From the NCBI GenBank assembly GCA_963730935.1, contig CAVSTP010000002.1:96001-160000 (forward strand): a stretch of DNA of 64,000 bases. Reading direction: 5' to 3'. This document shows positions 19,634 through 29,819 of the stretch, piece after piece (the stretch's first letter is position 1; each line of letters begins with the position of its first letter). This stretch comes from an uncultured Nitrospiraceae bacterium (lineage in GTDB: Bacteria; Nitrospirota; Nitrospiria; Nitrospirales; Nitrospiraceae). The notes below the pieces were generated by a model that worked only from the letters and a program-made list of their open reading frames with translations, had not been told where the DNA came from and ran no database searches. Made by a program: the position numbers and the translations under genes.

Positions 19634-20448
19634 CAGCGCGCAAGCTCCTGCGAGCGCTTGGTTGCTGCTTCCACAGCCCCCATCAGTGTAGCACGGAACC
19701 GGCCCTCTTCGAGGCGATGCAGGCCTGCGATCGTGGTTCCACCAGGCGATGCCACACGGTCTTTCAGCTTAGCCGGATGCTCGCCCGATTCAAGGACCAT
19801 TTTGGCGGCGCCCAACACGGTTTGAGCCGCCAGGATTTCCGCCGTCTGACGGGGGAGTCCCATCTTCACACCGCCGTCTGCCAGCGCTTCGATCGCTTGA
19901 AACACGTAGGCCGGACCGCTGCCGCTGAGTCCGGTGACTGCATCCATGAGCCGCTCTTCAATGGGAATCACCCGACCCACTGCTTGGAAAACGGCACGGG
20001 CGATCCCCTTGTCTTCCTCGGTAATCGCGCCGGTCCATGACAGCGCGGTGATGCCTTCCCTGACCAGCACGGGCATGTTCGGCATTGCACGAATGACGCG
20101 CTGTGCCCCTGCTGCCTGGTTCAGGATCGACTGAATGGTCGTCCCCGCCGCGATCGAGATGACGAGCACGCGGTGGAGCTCTCCGCCTATGTCTCCGAGT
20201 ACCTGCGCCATAGCCTGTGGCTTCACCGCAAGTACCACGACGTCGGCCCAAGCGACCGCCTGACGATTATCCGATCCAACGCGAATCGCAAACTGGCTTT
20301 TCAATCGATCGCAACGGACGGGGACCGGATCGGTGGCCCAGAGCAACTCCGGGCGACAGACCTGTCCTGCGAGCAGGCCGCCGATGATCGCTTCCGCCAT
20401 CTGCCCACCCCCGACGAACGCAATCTTGTTGGTTAATGGATTACTCAC
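19633..20448 (-). CDS. proC: Pyrroline-5-carboxylate reductase
   Basis: GGGQMAEA, AVKPQ, RAMPN, GSGPAY, SPGGTT. Confidence 0.96.
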   Translation of the reverse strand: MSNPLTNKIAFVGGGQMAEAIIGGLLAGQVCRPELLWATDPVPVRCDRLKSQFAIRVGSDNRQAVAWADVVVLAVKPQAMAQVLGDIGGELHRVLVISIAAGTTIQSILNQAAGAQRVIRAMPNMPVLVREGITALSWTGAITEEDKGIARAVFQAVGRVIPIEERLMDAVTGLSGSGPAYVFQAIEALADGGVKMGLPRQTAEILAAQTVLGAAKMVLESGEHPAKLKDRVASPGGTTIAGLHRLEEGRFRATLMGAVEAATKRSQELAR

Positions 20449-21151
20449 GCCGCCCTCCGAATATCGCCGTGCCCAAGCGAATCAATGTGGCCCCCTCCTG
20501 GATGGCCACCACGTAATCGTTCGACATCCCCATGGAAAGCTCTTTCAGCGAGACACCGGGAAGCCCCTGGTTCGTCAAGCGCACCGCCAGTTCCCGGAGA
20601 CGGCGAAAATATGGTCGCGATTGCTCTGCCTCACGGACGGACGGAGGAACGGCCATCAATCCTTCAATCGCCACATGATTCAGTACCGCCAATTGGGGAA
20701 GCGCCTGTTCCACCTCGTCGGCCAAAAACCCTGCTTTGCTCTGTTCTGCCCCGAGGTTGATCTCGAGCAAAATCTTCTGCCGCAGTCCGGCGTCTGCCGC
20801 CCGCCGATCAATCTCAGTCGCCAATTCCACACTGTCCACGGAATGGACCAAATCGAAGACGCCCACCACCGCACGGACCTTCCGCCGTTGAAGGTGACCG
20901 ATGAAGTGCCAGGTGATGCACTCTCCCTTCAGCGCCTCGATCTTGGGAAGGGCCTCTTGGAGGCGGTTTTCACCGGCGATCCGCACTCCTGCGTTGATGG
21001 CTTCGCGGATGCGGTCGATCGAAACCGTCTTGCTTGCCGCCACCAACCGCACACTACTCTCGTCCCGGCCGGCCTCCAGCATCGCGCTTCGGGTTCGATC
21101 GAATACGCCTGCCAGACGATCCTTGATTGAGTCCCCCGCTTGGACATCCAT
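20441..21151 (-). CDS. yggS: PLP homeostasis protein YggS
   Basis: LVAASK, GENRLQE, WHFIGHLQ, LSMGMSNDY, RLGTAIFG. Confidence 0.95.
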   Translation of the reverse strand: MDVQAGDSIKDRLAGVFDRTRSAMLEAGRDESSVRLVAASKTVSIDRIREAINAGVRIAGENRLQEALPKIEALKGECITWHFIGHLQRRKVRAVVGVFDLVHSVDSVELATEIDRRAADAGLRQKILLEINLGAEQSKAGFLADEVEQALPQLAVLNHVAIEGLMAVPPSVREAEQSRPYFRRLRELAVRLTNQGLPGVSLKELSMGMSNDYVVAIQEGATLIRLGTAIFGGRRE

Positions 21152-21217
21152 CTTCGCTTGACCGACCGCGCCATTGCCCGCGGACCGCGTATTCTACCGA
21201 AATCGCGGAAGGTACGG

Positions 21218-21970
21218 CTAGCGGCGAGACACCAACGAGATCCCATTGAGCATCGTTCCGTTGACACGTCCTTCGCGTCGATAGGAATAGAAGAGTGCGG
21301 GATGACAAATTGTGCACACATTGACGACAGTGATCTGTTCCTGAGGGATGCCGATCTCTGCGGTCTGTCGCCGCACGAGCGCTTTCAAATCCAATCGCGC
21401 TTTGCTGCCGCGATCGTCGCGCACCAGCGTAGGCCAGTCCTGACGGCTACGGCGTAACGGTTCGAGCACCGCATGATCGACCTCGTAACAACAAGGGCCG
21501 GCCGAGGGACCAATGCTGACTCGCAGATCGCTTGGCTGGACGGCGAACCTTGCGACCAGCAACTCGATGGTCTTGGGCACGATGCCGGCCAATGCCCCGC
21601 GCCAGCCCGCATGGACGGATGCGACGGCCTTCCGGCGGCGGTCATAGAGGAGCACGGGGACACAATCGGCCGTTCGCACGGCCACCGTCACTCCCGGCTG
21701 ATCCGTGATCAACGCGTCCCATCCGCCTTCGAAGCGATCGGCTCCCGTGATCGGTCGATCGACGATCAGCGCATCGGTCCCATGCACCTGCTTCACCGAC
21801 AAGGTCCAGGCATGATCCCGCGCAGCCGAGTCGAGCACGGGCACACCGGTTTCATAGGCGACGGGAGTGCGATGCCTTGTGCCGAAGAAATGCCTGACGC
21901 CGTCGTGCGCCGAGCCAAACGCAGGCACGGTAATGACCGGTGCGCGCACTGCCGCCCTCCCCTGATCCAA
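21218..21970 (-). CDS. pgeF: Peptidoglycan editing factor/purine nucleoside phosphorylase PgeF (YfiH)
   Basis: QVHG, TADCVP, HAGWRG, CYEV, CT.C...FYSYRR. Confidence 0.93.
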   Translation of the reverse strand: MDQGRAAVRAPVITVPAFGSAHDGVRHFFGTRHRTPVAYETGVPVLDSAARDHAWTLSVKQVHGTDALIVDRPITGADRFEGGWDALITDQPGVTVAVRTADCVPVLLYDRRRKAVASVHAGWRGALAGIVPKTIELLVARFAVQPSDLRVSIGPSAGPCCYEVDHAVLEPLRRSRQDWPTLVRDDRGSKARLDLKALVRRQTAEIGIPQEQITVVNVCTICHPALFYSYRREGRVNGTMLNGISLVSRR

Positions 21971-21974
21971 TGGA

Positions 21975-23153
21975 TCAGTCAGTTTGCTTTCTCAAGAACG
22001 TCGGCACGTCCCATTCGTCGTCAGCAGAGGCAGCGAGACGTTCGATCGCGTCCCGCTGTTCACCCATCCGCCGCAAGTAGGTGGGCCGGTCGAGGTCTTT
22101 GTGCGGCCGGTCCGCGACCGCCGCTCCGAGAGCCAGTCCCGCCTGAGTCGCGCGTGCCGGGCGTGCCGCGGCCACGCCGACCGGCGTCGGTTGATCGTCC
22201 CGCTCGAACCCGGTGGCAATGACGGTGACGACCAGATCGTCACCCATGTCCGGATTGATGACCTGGCCGACGATGATATTGGCTTCTGGATCCGCGGCCT
22301 GCTGGATGATGGAAGCCGCTTCTTCGATCTCGTGCAGGGACATGTTCGGGCCGCCGGAGATGTTGAGCAGGACGCCGCGTGCGCCTTCCACGCTGCCCTC
22401 TTCGAGCAACGGGCTGCAGATTGCCTTCTGCGCCGCCTCAATTGCGCGATTGGTTCCGCGCGACACTCCCATGCCCATGACGGCACGCCCAGTGTGCGAC
22501 ATCACGGTGCGCACGTCCGCAAAGTCCACGTTGACATGTCCCGTGGTCGTGATCACATCGGCGATGCCTTGAATCGCTTGCCGCAAGACGTCGTCGGCGA
22601 CCTTGAAGGCCTCGAGCAACGGCGTGGCCTTGTCCACGATCCCGAGCAAGCGTTGATTGGGAATCACCAAGAGCGTATCGACGTGCCGTCTGAGATCCCG
22701 GATTCCTTCATCGGCATGGGTCATTCGCCGATGGCCCTCATACGAAAACGGCTTCGTGACCACTCCGACCGTGAGGATGCCCAGTTCCCTGGCAATGCTG
22801 GCCACGATCGGCGCTGCGCCGGTTCCTGTACCGCCTCCCATTCCTGCCGTGACGAAGACCATATCCGCTCCTTCGAGGCATTCGCGGATTTGATCCTTGC
22901 TCTCCAGCGCAGATTCCTTTCCGATTTCCGGCCTCGCGCCTGCTCCCAATCCCCTCGTCCGTTCCGGGCCGAGTTGGACCTTGTACGCCGCCCGCGAGCG
23001 ATCCAACGCCTGAAGGTCCGTGTTCGCCGCGATGAGCTCGACGCGGGCTAGGCCCGACGTGATCATCGTATTCACGGCATTGCATCCCGCACCGCCCACA
23101 CCAATCACTTTGATGCGGACGGGCGACAGACAATCTTCTTGGAATGAGAACAT
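21975..23153 (-). CDS. ftsZ: Cell division protein FtsZ
   Basis: [25 protein letters not shown]-terminal DVPTFLR. Confidence 0.98.
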   Translation of the reverse strand: MFSFQEDCLSPVRIKVIGVGGAGCNAVNTMITSGLARVELIAANTDLQALDRSRAAYKVQLGPERTRGLGAGARPEIGKESALESKDQIRECLEGADMVFVTAGMGGGTGTGAAPIVASIARELGILTVGVVTKPFSYEGHRRMTHADEGIRDLRRHVDTLLVIPNQRLLGIVDKATPLLEAFKVADDVLRQAIQGIADVITTTGHVNVDFADVRTVMSHTGRAVMGMGVSRGTNRAIEAAQKAICSPLLEEGSVEGARGVLLNISGGPNMSLHEIEEAASIIQQAADPEANIIVGQVINPDMGDDLVVTVIATGFERDDQPTPVGVAAARPARATQAGLALGAAVADRPHKDLDRPTYLRRMGEQRDAIERLAASADDEWDVPTFLRKQTD

Positions 23154-23198
23154 CAGGACACCTCCCTTGGCGCGAGGCCGGGCCGCGCGCCGGTTAAG

Positions 23199-24434
23199 TT
23201 AGAAGAACTCGAACATCCACGACTTCATTCGATCCAACATCCGGCCGATCGGTCTTCCGCTTCTGAGTCCGACCGCGGCGATCTCCTCCGTGTGACGCCG
23301 TGCATACAACAGCAATCCGACTCCTGTGGCATGCATGGGATTGCTCACGATGTCTCGGAGTCCGCCGATGCCGCTGGGCGCCCCCCGGCGGGCGGGAAGG
23401 TTGAGCACGTGCTCAGCCGCGTCCGGCATGCCTTCCAATAATGATGTGCCTCCGGTGACGACCACTCCGGCCCCTAACATGCCTTCATAGCCCGCGCGCG
23501 TGATCTCGCGCCGGACAAGTTCGAACATTTCTTCCACGCGCGGCTCGAGAATCTCGGCAATGTCGCGTCGAGAAAACGTTCGTGCCGGACGATCGCCGAC
23601 GGAGGGCACTTCGACAGTCTCATGACCTTGCACCAGATCTGTCCTCGTCACCCCGTGCTGGACTTTGATTTTTTCAGCTTCCGTTTGTGAGGTGAGCAGC
23701 CCGATGGCGAGATCTTTGGTCAAGTTCTGCCCGCCGATCGGCAGCACCGCCGAATGCCGGATGCTTCCGTCAAGATAGATGGCCAAGTCCGTCGTGCCTC
23801 CTCCCAGGTCCACCATCGCGACACCCAGATCGCGCTCTTCCTGGCTGAGGACCGCCTCGCTGGAAGCCAAGGGCTGCAAGATAATGTCGACCACATCGAG
23901 GCCGGCACGGTTCACGCTCTTAATGATGTTTTGTGCCGATGTGACGGCGCCGGTAATTACGTGGACGTTCACTTCCAGGCGATTCCCCGACAGTCCCAAT
24001 GGCTCTCTGACTCCCTCCTGTCCGTCAACCATGAACTCGCGCGGAAGGACGTGAAGGATGCGGCGTTCATGAGGGATGACGGCCAGTGTTCGGGCGCTTT
24101 CAATGGCTCGATGAATGTCGTCTCGGGTGACCTCGGATTTTTTGAGCGCCACGACCCCTTTGCAGTTTTCGGCTGAGATATGGCTACCGGCGATCCCGGT
24201 ATAGACGGAATTTATCTGCACCGCTGCCATCAATTCGGCTTCCTCGACCGCCTTCTTGATAGATTCGACGGTGCTCTCGATGTCGACCACCACCCCTTTG
24301 CGAAGTCCGCGAGAGGGGCTCGAACCGACGCCGATAATGTTGAGCGTGCCCTCTTCGGTGACTTCCGATACGATGGCGCAGATCTTAGTGGTGCCGATGT
24401 CCAACCCGACGAGAATTTGCTCTCGTTTCGCCAC
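23199..24434 (-). CDS. ftsA: Cell division protein FtsA
   Basis: GLDIGTTK, DLGGGTTD, TGGTS; GTG start at 24434. Confidence 0.97.
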   Translation of the reverse strand: MAKREQILVGLDIGTTKICAIVSEVTEEGTLNIIGVGSSPSRGLRKGVVVDIESTVESIKKAVEEAELMAAVQINSVYTGIAGSHISAENCKGVVALKKSEVTRDDIHRAIESARTLAVIPHERRILHVLPREFMVDGQEGVREPLGLSGNRLEVNVHVITGAVTSAQNIIKSVNRAGLDVVDIILQPLASSEAVLSQEERDLGVAMVDLGGGTTDLAIYLDGSIRHSAVLPIGGQNLTKDLAIGLLTSQTEAEKIKVQHGVTRTDLVQGHETVEVPSVGDRPARTFSRRDIAEILEPRVEEMFELVRREITRAGYEGMLGAGVVVTGGTSLLEGMPDAAEHVLNLPARRGAPSGIGGLRDIVSNPMHATGVGLLLYARRHTEEIAAVGLRSGRPIGRMLDRMKSWMFEFF

Positions 24435-24438
24435 AGCC

Positions 24439-25308
24439 TCACCCCCCCTCGCGAACAATCACGCGGTTCTCGTAGCGCAGGTCTACGTCGTGCCCATCGT
24501 GTTTTCGCCCGTCAAACGCCGGCACTTTGAACGCTGCTCTCACGTTCATATACCGATCCCACTGCTCCTTCAGCCCATCGCTTCCGAAGTGGAATCGCAC
24601 GCCCCTCGCCGAGGCCACGAGATTGACGGGATGACTGGCATCGATCTCAATGCGGCCATCCAGGGTTTCGGCCATCCATTTGGCTAACTCGATGGAGGAC
24701 TGGACCCGCTGCTTCACGCGAAGATCGCTTTGCGCCAAGAGTGTGCCCTCCACGCCGAGCAACAGCGGCAATGTCGTCTGATCCTGCGTGCCAAGGCGTG
24801 CGAGCACGACGCCTTCTTCATCAGTCAATAGATGTTCGGATCCGATCCGCACAATGGCCGCCGGTTTGCGCTCGACGATCGTCACTCGTAGCGCGTGCAG
24901 CGGAAGCCGTTCGACCGTGGCTTCTTTGATCCACGGATGGGTCCGCACGCGTTCGGCGAGATACGCGAGGCCCACTTGATGCTGGGCGAGCCCTTTCTTG
25001 AGCGCCAATCGATCAACGACTTCCTGTTTGGTCACCTGGCGTATCCCTTCGACGGATACCTCCCTGATCTCAAGGCCCCGTTGCAGAACCGGACCTACTT
25101 GACGAACCAGCAGAAGTCCGGCCCAGCACACGGCGGCCGCCGCGACCAGCCACCCGGCAACCTGCAAAACTCTTCGCCATCGAGCCATGAACGCTGAACG
25201 ACGGGCTTGCATCCTACGTTCTCGCGTCTGGACCGCGCGGGCTCCTTTCCACTGGTTGCTGCGAAAGCTGATCGCCTTCGCGGGTCGCCTGCGAAACACA
25301 TTTTTCAT
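24439..25308 (-). CDS. ftsQ: Cell division protein FtsQ/DivIB
   Basis: Single TM helix, POTRA domain (PWIK.A.V.R.P...I.ER), C-terminal DLRY; position in dcw cluster. Confidence 0.88.
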   Translation of the reverse strand: MKNVFRRRPAKAISFRSNQWKGARAVQTRERRMQARRSAFMARWRRVLQVAGWLVAAAAVCWAGLLLVRQVGPVLQRGLEIREVSVEGIRQVTKQEVVDRLALKKGLAQHQVGLAYLAERVRTHPWIKEATVERLPLHALRVTIVERKPAAIVRIGSEHLLTDEEGVVLARLGTQDQTTLPLLLGVEGTLLAQSDLRVKQRVQSSIELAKWMAETLDGRIEIDASHPVNLVASARGVRFHFGSDGLKEQWDRYMNVRAAFKVPAFDGRKHDGHDVDLRYENRVIVREGG

Positions 25309-26303
25309 GCCGCGTGCCCCGTCTGGCTCATTCTCTCGATCGCAGATTCCAGGATCCGTTCGGTCAGCTCTTCGTAATCAATGCCCGCCTGGGCAGCTGC
25401 CATCGGCAAGAGGCTCGTCTCCGTCATTCCGGGGACGGTGTTGATTTCGAGTACATAGGGGCGGCCGCGAGGAGTAATGCGAAAATCCACCCTGGCTGCG
25501 CCGGCACACCCCAAGACGTCATACGTTCGCAAAGCGAGATTTCGAATCTGCTTCGTGATCGCAGACGGGAGAGGCGCCGGACATAAGTACCGGGTCTTCC
25601 CCTTCTCGTATTTCGCCGAGAAATCATAGAAGCCGTCCGGAGCCACGATTTCGACGGCGGGCAGAGCCAGCGGCACCTCGTCCTTGCGGCCCAGAAGCGA
25701 GACGGTAACCTCATGACCGGGAATGTACGCTTCCACCATCGCATCTCGATCATAACGGTGCGCCAACGCCAAGGCCTCATCCCATTGAGCCGGTTTTTTT
25801 ACGATCGTGACGCCGATGGTCGAACCTTCCGATGCCGGCTTCACGACGACGGGCCGCCGCAGTTTCGCTGATCGCAATGCCTGCGCATGCGAGAGCCGTT
25901 CACCGCGCTTGATGACGAGACCCGCCGGCACGGGAATCCCGTGAGCGGCGAGAACAGTCTTGGTAGTGACCTTGTGCATCCCAACCGCGCTCGCGTGAAC
26001 GCCCGACCCCGTGTACGGGATCCCCAGGGTTTCCAAGAAGCCCTGAATGGAGCCGTCTTCTCCTCCGGGACCGTGCAGTGCGAGAAAGGCCACAGCGATC
26101 TTCTGATCCTGCAACTCCCGGCTCAAGGTCGGGCCGACATCGATGATGACCGCGTCATATCCGCGCCGGCAAAGTGCCCGATGCACAGCGGCCCCGGTGC
26201 GCAGTGACACTTCGCGCTCGGACGATTGACCACCCATCAATACGCCGATCCGGCCCTGAGTCAGCAATGGTTTCCCGCCCATTCCGCTATGCCTCACCGA
26301 CAA
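25305..26303 (-). CDS. ddl: D-alanine--D-alanine ligase (start uncertain)
   Basis: GGQSSEREVSL, LHGPGGEDG, YDFSAKY, EINTVPGMT. Confidence 0.96.
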   Translation of the reverse strand: MSVRHSGMGGKPLLTQGRIGVLMGGQSSEREVSLRTGAAVHRALCRRGYDAVIIDVGPTLSRELQDQKIAVAFLALHGPGGEDGSIQGFLETLGIPYTGSGVHASAVGMHKVTTKTVLAAHGIPVPAGLVIKRGERLSHAQALRSAKLRRPVVVKPASEGSTIGVTIVKKPAQWDEALALAHRYDRDAMVEAYIPGHEVTVSLLGRKDEVPLALPAVEIVAPDGFYDFSAKYEKGKTRYLCPAPLPSAITKQIRNLALRTYDVLGCAGAARVDFRITPRGRPYVLEINTVPGMTETSLLPMAAAQAGIDYEELTERILESAIERMSQTGHAA

Positions 26304-27234
26304 TTTTGAGTTCGAGGTCCAGCCGGACTCCGGCCTTCTGTTTGAGCGTGCGTCTGACCTTGTGGATCAGACCGATCACGTCGGCAGCACTCGCGTGTCC
26401 GCGATTGACGATGAAATTTCCATGCTTGGTTGAGACTTCTGCATCGCCGATGCGCATGCCCTTTAATCCTGCGGCCTCGAGCAACCGGCCGGCGGAGTCT
26501 CGAGGAGGATTCTTGAACACGCAACCGGCGCTGGGCATCGCCAGCGGCTGCGTGTCCTTTCTATAATGGAGGTAGTCCTTCACGATTCTGGCTATCTCAG
26601 ACCGTAGGCCCGGTCGTAATTGAAGCCAGACCCCTACGACGATGCCCTTCGGCAGGTGGGCGCGCCGATAGTCAAACCGGATCGACGCAGCCGGCAAATC
26701 CCGGACATCACCTTTCGTGGTGACAATCCGCACAGCCTTCACCGCGTTCTTCATTTCACCCAGCCGCGTCCCGGCATTCATGACGAGACACCCTCCGACC
26801 GTTCCCGGTATACCGGCCGCCCATTCCAATCCGGCCAATGACCGGCGGATTGCGTATCCGATGAGCGTCGGCATTCCGACACCACCTTCGGCATAGAGGA
26901 CCGCGCCGGCTTCTTCTCGAATCGTGCGCAAATTGGACAGGCTCACCACGATGCCGCGGATTCCCCCGTCTCTGATGAGAAGATTGGTGCCGCCGACGAC
27001 AAAGATCGGAAGCTTGGCCGCACGCGCCTGCGCGAGCAGGTGACACGCATCGTCCACATCCGCCGGTTCCACAAGCACATCTGCCGGTCCACCAATCTTG
27101 AAGGAGGTGTACCCTCGCAGCATGGCGCCGAAGGTGACACGCCCACGGAGACCCGCCACTGCCATTTCCAAGCGCTTCCTGTCGATTCTGAGTGCGGCAT
27201 GCGCGCCACTCGTTCTGCCTTTCCCAACCTTCAT
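26287..27234 (-). CDS. murB: UDP-N-acetylenolpyruvoylglucosamine reductase (start uncertain)
   Basis: SFKIGGPA, GIPGTVGG..MNAG, SAGCVFKNP, KHGNF. Confidence 0.95.
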   Translation of the reverse strand: MKVGKGRTSGAHAALRIDRKRLEMAVAGLRGRVTFGAMLRGYTSFKIGGPADVLVEPADVDDACHLLAQARAAKLPIFVVGGTNLLIRDGGIRGIVVSLSNLRTIREEAGAVLYAEGGVGMPTLIGYAIRRSLAGLEWAAGIPGTVGGCLVMNAGTRLGEMKNAVKAVRIVTTKGDVRDLPAASIRFDYRRAHLPKGIVVGVWLQLRPGLRSEIARIVKDYLHYRKDTQPLAMPSAGCVFKNPPRDSAGRLLEAAGLKGMRIGDAEVSTKHGNFIVNRGHASAADVIGLIHKVRRTLKQKAGVRLDLELKIVGEA

Positions 27235-27238
27235 CGCC

Positions 27239-28630
27239 TCATGTGCCGCGTTCAAGCTTCGCCAGTAATGCAGGTCCGGTCTTCCAAATGTCTCCCGCTC
27301 CCAACGTCAAGACGAGATCTCCGGGCTTCAACTGAGGGAACACCATTTCGACAAGCCGGTCCTTCTGTTCAACAAAGGTGACAGACGGATGGCCTGCGCC
27401 ACGAATCGCTTCGGCCAATTTGGCGCCGGATACACCGGGAATTGGCTGTTCGCTGGCCGCGTAAATCTCGGTGAGAAAGAGATGGTCCGCCTGGCGAAAT
27501 GCGTGAGAAAATTCCTCGAGCAAATCCCTGGTTCTCGTATAGCGGTGGGGTTGAAACAGCACGAGCAGCCGCCGATCAGGCCAGCCTTGTTTCGCCGCTG
27601 CCAGTGTCGCCTTGATTTCCGTCGGATGATGGCCGTAATCGTCGACGACCATGATGTCGTTCGTCTCTCCTCGCAGATGAAACCGCCGCTCGACGCCCGT
27701 GAAGGCCGCCAGCGCCTTGCGGATGAGATCCACGGGCACATCCAGTTCGACCCCGATGGCAATTGCCGCCAGCGCATTCGAGACGTTATGGATGCCTGGA
27801 ACGGAGAGTCGGAACGGACCAAGGTTTCGCGTGCGGAAAAACGCGCGAAACTCCGAGCCGCCTTGTTTGGCCACGATCTCTGTCGCGCGAAAATCCAGGG
27901 CGACTCCTTCGGCTTCGGACAGGCCGTACGTGTAGTAGCGCTTGACGATCTTGGGGAAGAGGGAGCGAAGCCGCTCGTCATCTGCGCAGAGGACCGCCAG
28001 CCCGTAGAACGGCACCTTGTTGATGAACTCCAGAAAGGTGTCGTAGATCCGTTCCATGCTGCCGTAGTGATCCAAATGTTCTCGGTCGAGATTCGTCACT
28101 GCCACGATGGTAGGAGACAGGCGCAAGAACGATCCGTCGCTCTCGTCGGCTTCCGCCACCAGAAGCTCTCCCCGTCCCAGCCGGGCGTGGCTTCCCAGGG
28201 CATTCACCTTGCCGCCGATCACCATCGTCGGATCCAATCCGCCTTGTGCGAGAATATTGGCCACCATCGACGTCGTGGTGGTTTTTCCATGCGCGCCCGC
28301 GATGGCGACGCCAAATTTCAACCGCATGAGTTCGGCGAGCATTTCTGCGCGAGGGATCACCGGAATCTGTTTCGCTTTCGCGGCCAGTACCTCAGGGTTT
28401 TGAGGCGAGACGGCCGAGGAAATGACCACCACCTGCGCTTCTCCGATATGCGTCGCCAGATGGCCGATAAAGATACGTCCTCCCAGCTCTTCCAACCGAC
28501 GGGTCGTATCTGACGCCTGCAGATCAGAGCCACTGACCTTGTAACCGAGTGTCAGCAGCACTTCGGCGATGCCGCTCATACCGGCGCCGCCGATCCCTAC
28601 CAGATGAATGTGTTGCGTCTTACGAAACAT
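27239..28630 (-). CDS. murC: UDP-N-acetylmuramate--L-alanine ligase
   Basis: HLVGIGGAGMSGIA, GAHGKTTT, EADESDGSF, DDYGHHPTE. Confidence 0.97.
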   Translation of the reverse strand: MFRKTQHIHLVGIGGAGMSGIAEVLLTLGYKVSGSDLQASDTTRRLEELGGRIFIGHLATHIGEAQVVVISSAVSPQNPEVLAAKAKQIPVIPRAEMLAELMRLKFGVAIAGAHGKTTTTSMVANILAQGGLDPTMVIGGKVNALGSHARLGRGELLVAEADESDGSFLRLSPTIVAVTNLDREHLDHYGSMERIYDTFLEFINKVPFYGLAVLCADDERLRSLFPKIVKRYYTYGLSEAEGVALDFRATEIVAKQGGSEFRAFFRTRNLGPFRLSVPGIHNVSNALAAIAIGVELDVPVDLIRKALAAFTGVERRFHLRGETNDIMVVDDYGHHPTEIKATLAAAKQGWPDRRLLVLFQPHRYTRTRDLLEEFSHAFRQADHLFLTEIYAASEQPIPGVSGAKLAEAIRGAGHPSVTFVEQKDRLVEMVFPQLKPGDLVLTLGAGDIWKTGPALLAKLERGT

Positions 28631-28694
28631 CGATGTGCGCCTCAAACCTCCTGCTGGCTGTGATTGGGTGATACCGTTGCGCTGTCCTGCACCA

Positions 28695-29819
28695 TTAGAT
28701 TCCGGCCGCTCCAAGAGACTGGTTAACATCATGCTGGTCTCCTATGAGTGCATAGCATTCACGGACGATTGCCTCGGCCGCGTCCATTCGTCCCAAGCTC
28801 AGACTCGCAGCACCCATCGCTCGCATCCTGCCAGGGTCGTCGAGCACTCCCGTCAGTACTTGCGTCAGTCTTGCACCGCTCAATGCGGCTTGGGGGATGA
28901 CGACAGCGGCGCCGGCGTCTTCCATGACCTTGGCGTTCTTGGCCTGGTGGTCATAGATCGCTGTGGGCAAGGGAATGAGGATCGCCGGCTTGCCGCAGGC
29001 CGTGAGTTCGGCCACCGTCATCGCCCCGGCTCGTGCCACAACGACATCCGCAGCATTGATCGCCGCCGGCATGTCGTAGAGAAACGGGACCACATTCACA
29101 GAAACGCCGGCGCGATCGTAGGCCTCCTTCACACGGGCGTGATCCAATTCCCCGGTCTGGTGTGTCACAGTGATCGCGGAGCGCCGTTTCAACAATTCCG
29201 GCAGGCTTTCGATGGCTGCGCTGTTGACCGCCTTGGCCCCCTGACTTCCGCCGAACACGAGCACCTGCCGTCGATCCGCTGGCTTCGCCACGGAAGAGGA
29301 AGCGGCTCGCGTCAGAAAATCTCGCCGGATGGGCGTGCCGACAACACGGACCTTGTCCGGGCTAAAGGAGTCTGCCGCGGAAGCAAACGCCAAGAAGACG
29401 CGCTGAACGAACGCACCAACCGCCTTATTCGCAAGCCCCGCATGAGCATTGGGTTCGAGGATCACCCGGGGGATGCCCTTGAGCGTTGCTGCCATGACGA
29501 TCATCGGACTGGTGTAGCCTCCGACGCCGATCACGAGGTCCGCGCGCCGTTGCCGCAAAATTCGTCCGCATTGCCAAAAACTGATGGGCATGGCACACAA
29601 CCCCCTGAGCATGTCGACGGGTCCTCTGCCCATAATCGGTTTCGCGCTAATCAAGGCCAACTCGAATCGCTCGTGTGCTAAGACTTTTGATTCCAGCCCG
29701 CGTGTCGTGCCGACAAACAAGACCTTGGTCATCGGATCGCGCCGCAGAAATTCCCGCGCCAGTGCGATGGCCGGATACAGATGGCCCCCGGTTCCTCCCG
29801 CTGCAATGACGATCGTCAT
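28695..29819 (-). CDS. murG: Undecaprenyl-PP-MurNAc-pentapeptide GlcNAc transferase
   Basis: AGGTGGHLYP, GGSQGA, RAGAMTVAE; ATG at 29819 overlaps the ftsW stop (TGATG). Confidence 0.96.
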   Translation of the reverse strand: MTIVIAAGGTGGHLYPAIALAREFLRRDPMTKVLFVGTTRGLESKVLAHERFELALISAKPIMGRGPVDMLRGLCAMPISFWQCGRILRQRRADLVIGVGGYTSPMIVMAATLKGIPRVILEPNAHAGLANKAVGAFVQRVFLAFASAADSFSPDKVRVVGTPIRRDFLTRAASSSVAKPADRRQVLVFGGSQGAKAVNSAAIESLPELLKRRSAITVTHQTGELDHARVKEAYDRAGVSVNVVPFLYDMPAAINAADVVVARAGAMTVAELTACGKPAILIPLPTAIYDHQAKNAKVMEDAGAAVVIPQAALSGARLTQVLTGVLDDPGRMRAMGAASLSLGRMDAAEAIVRECYALIGDQHDVNQSLGAAGI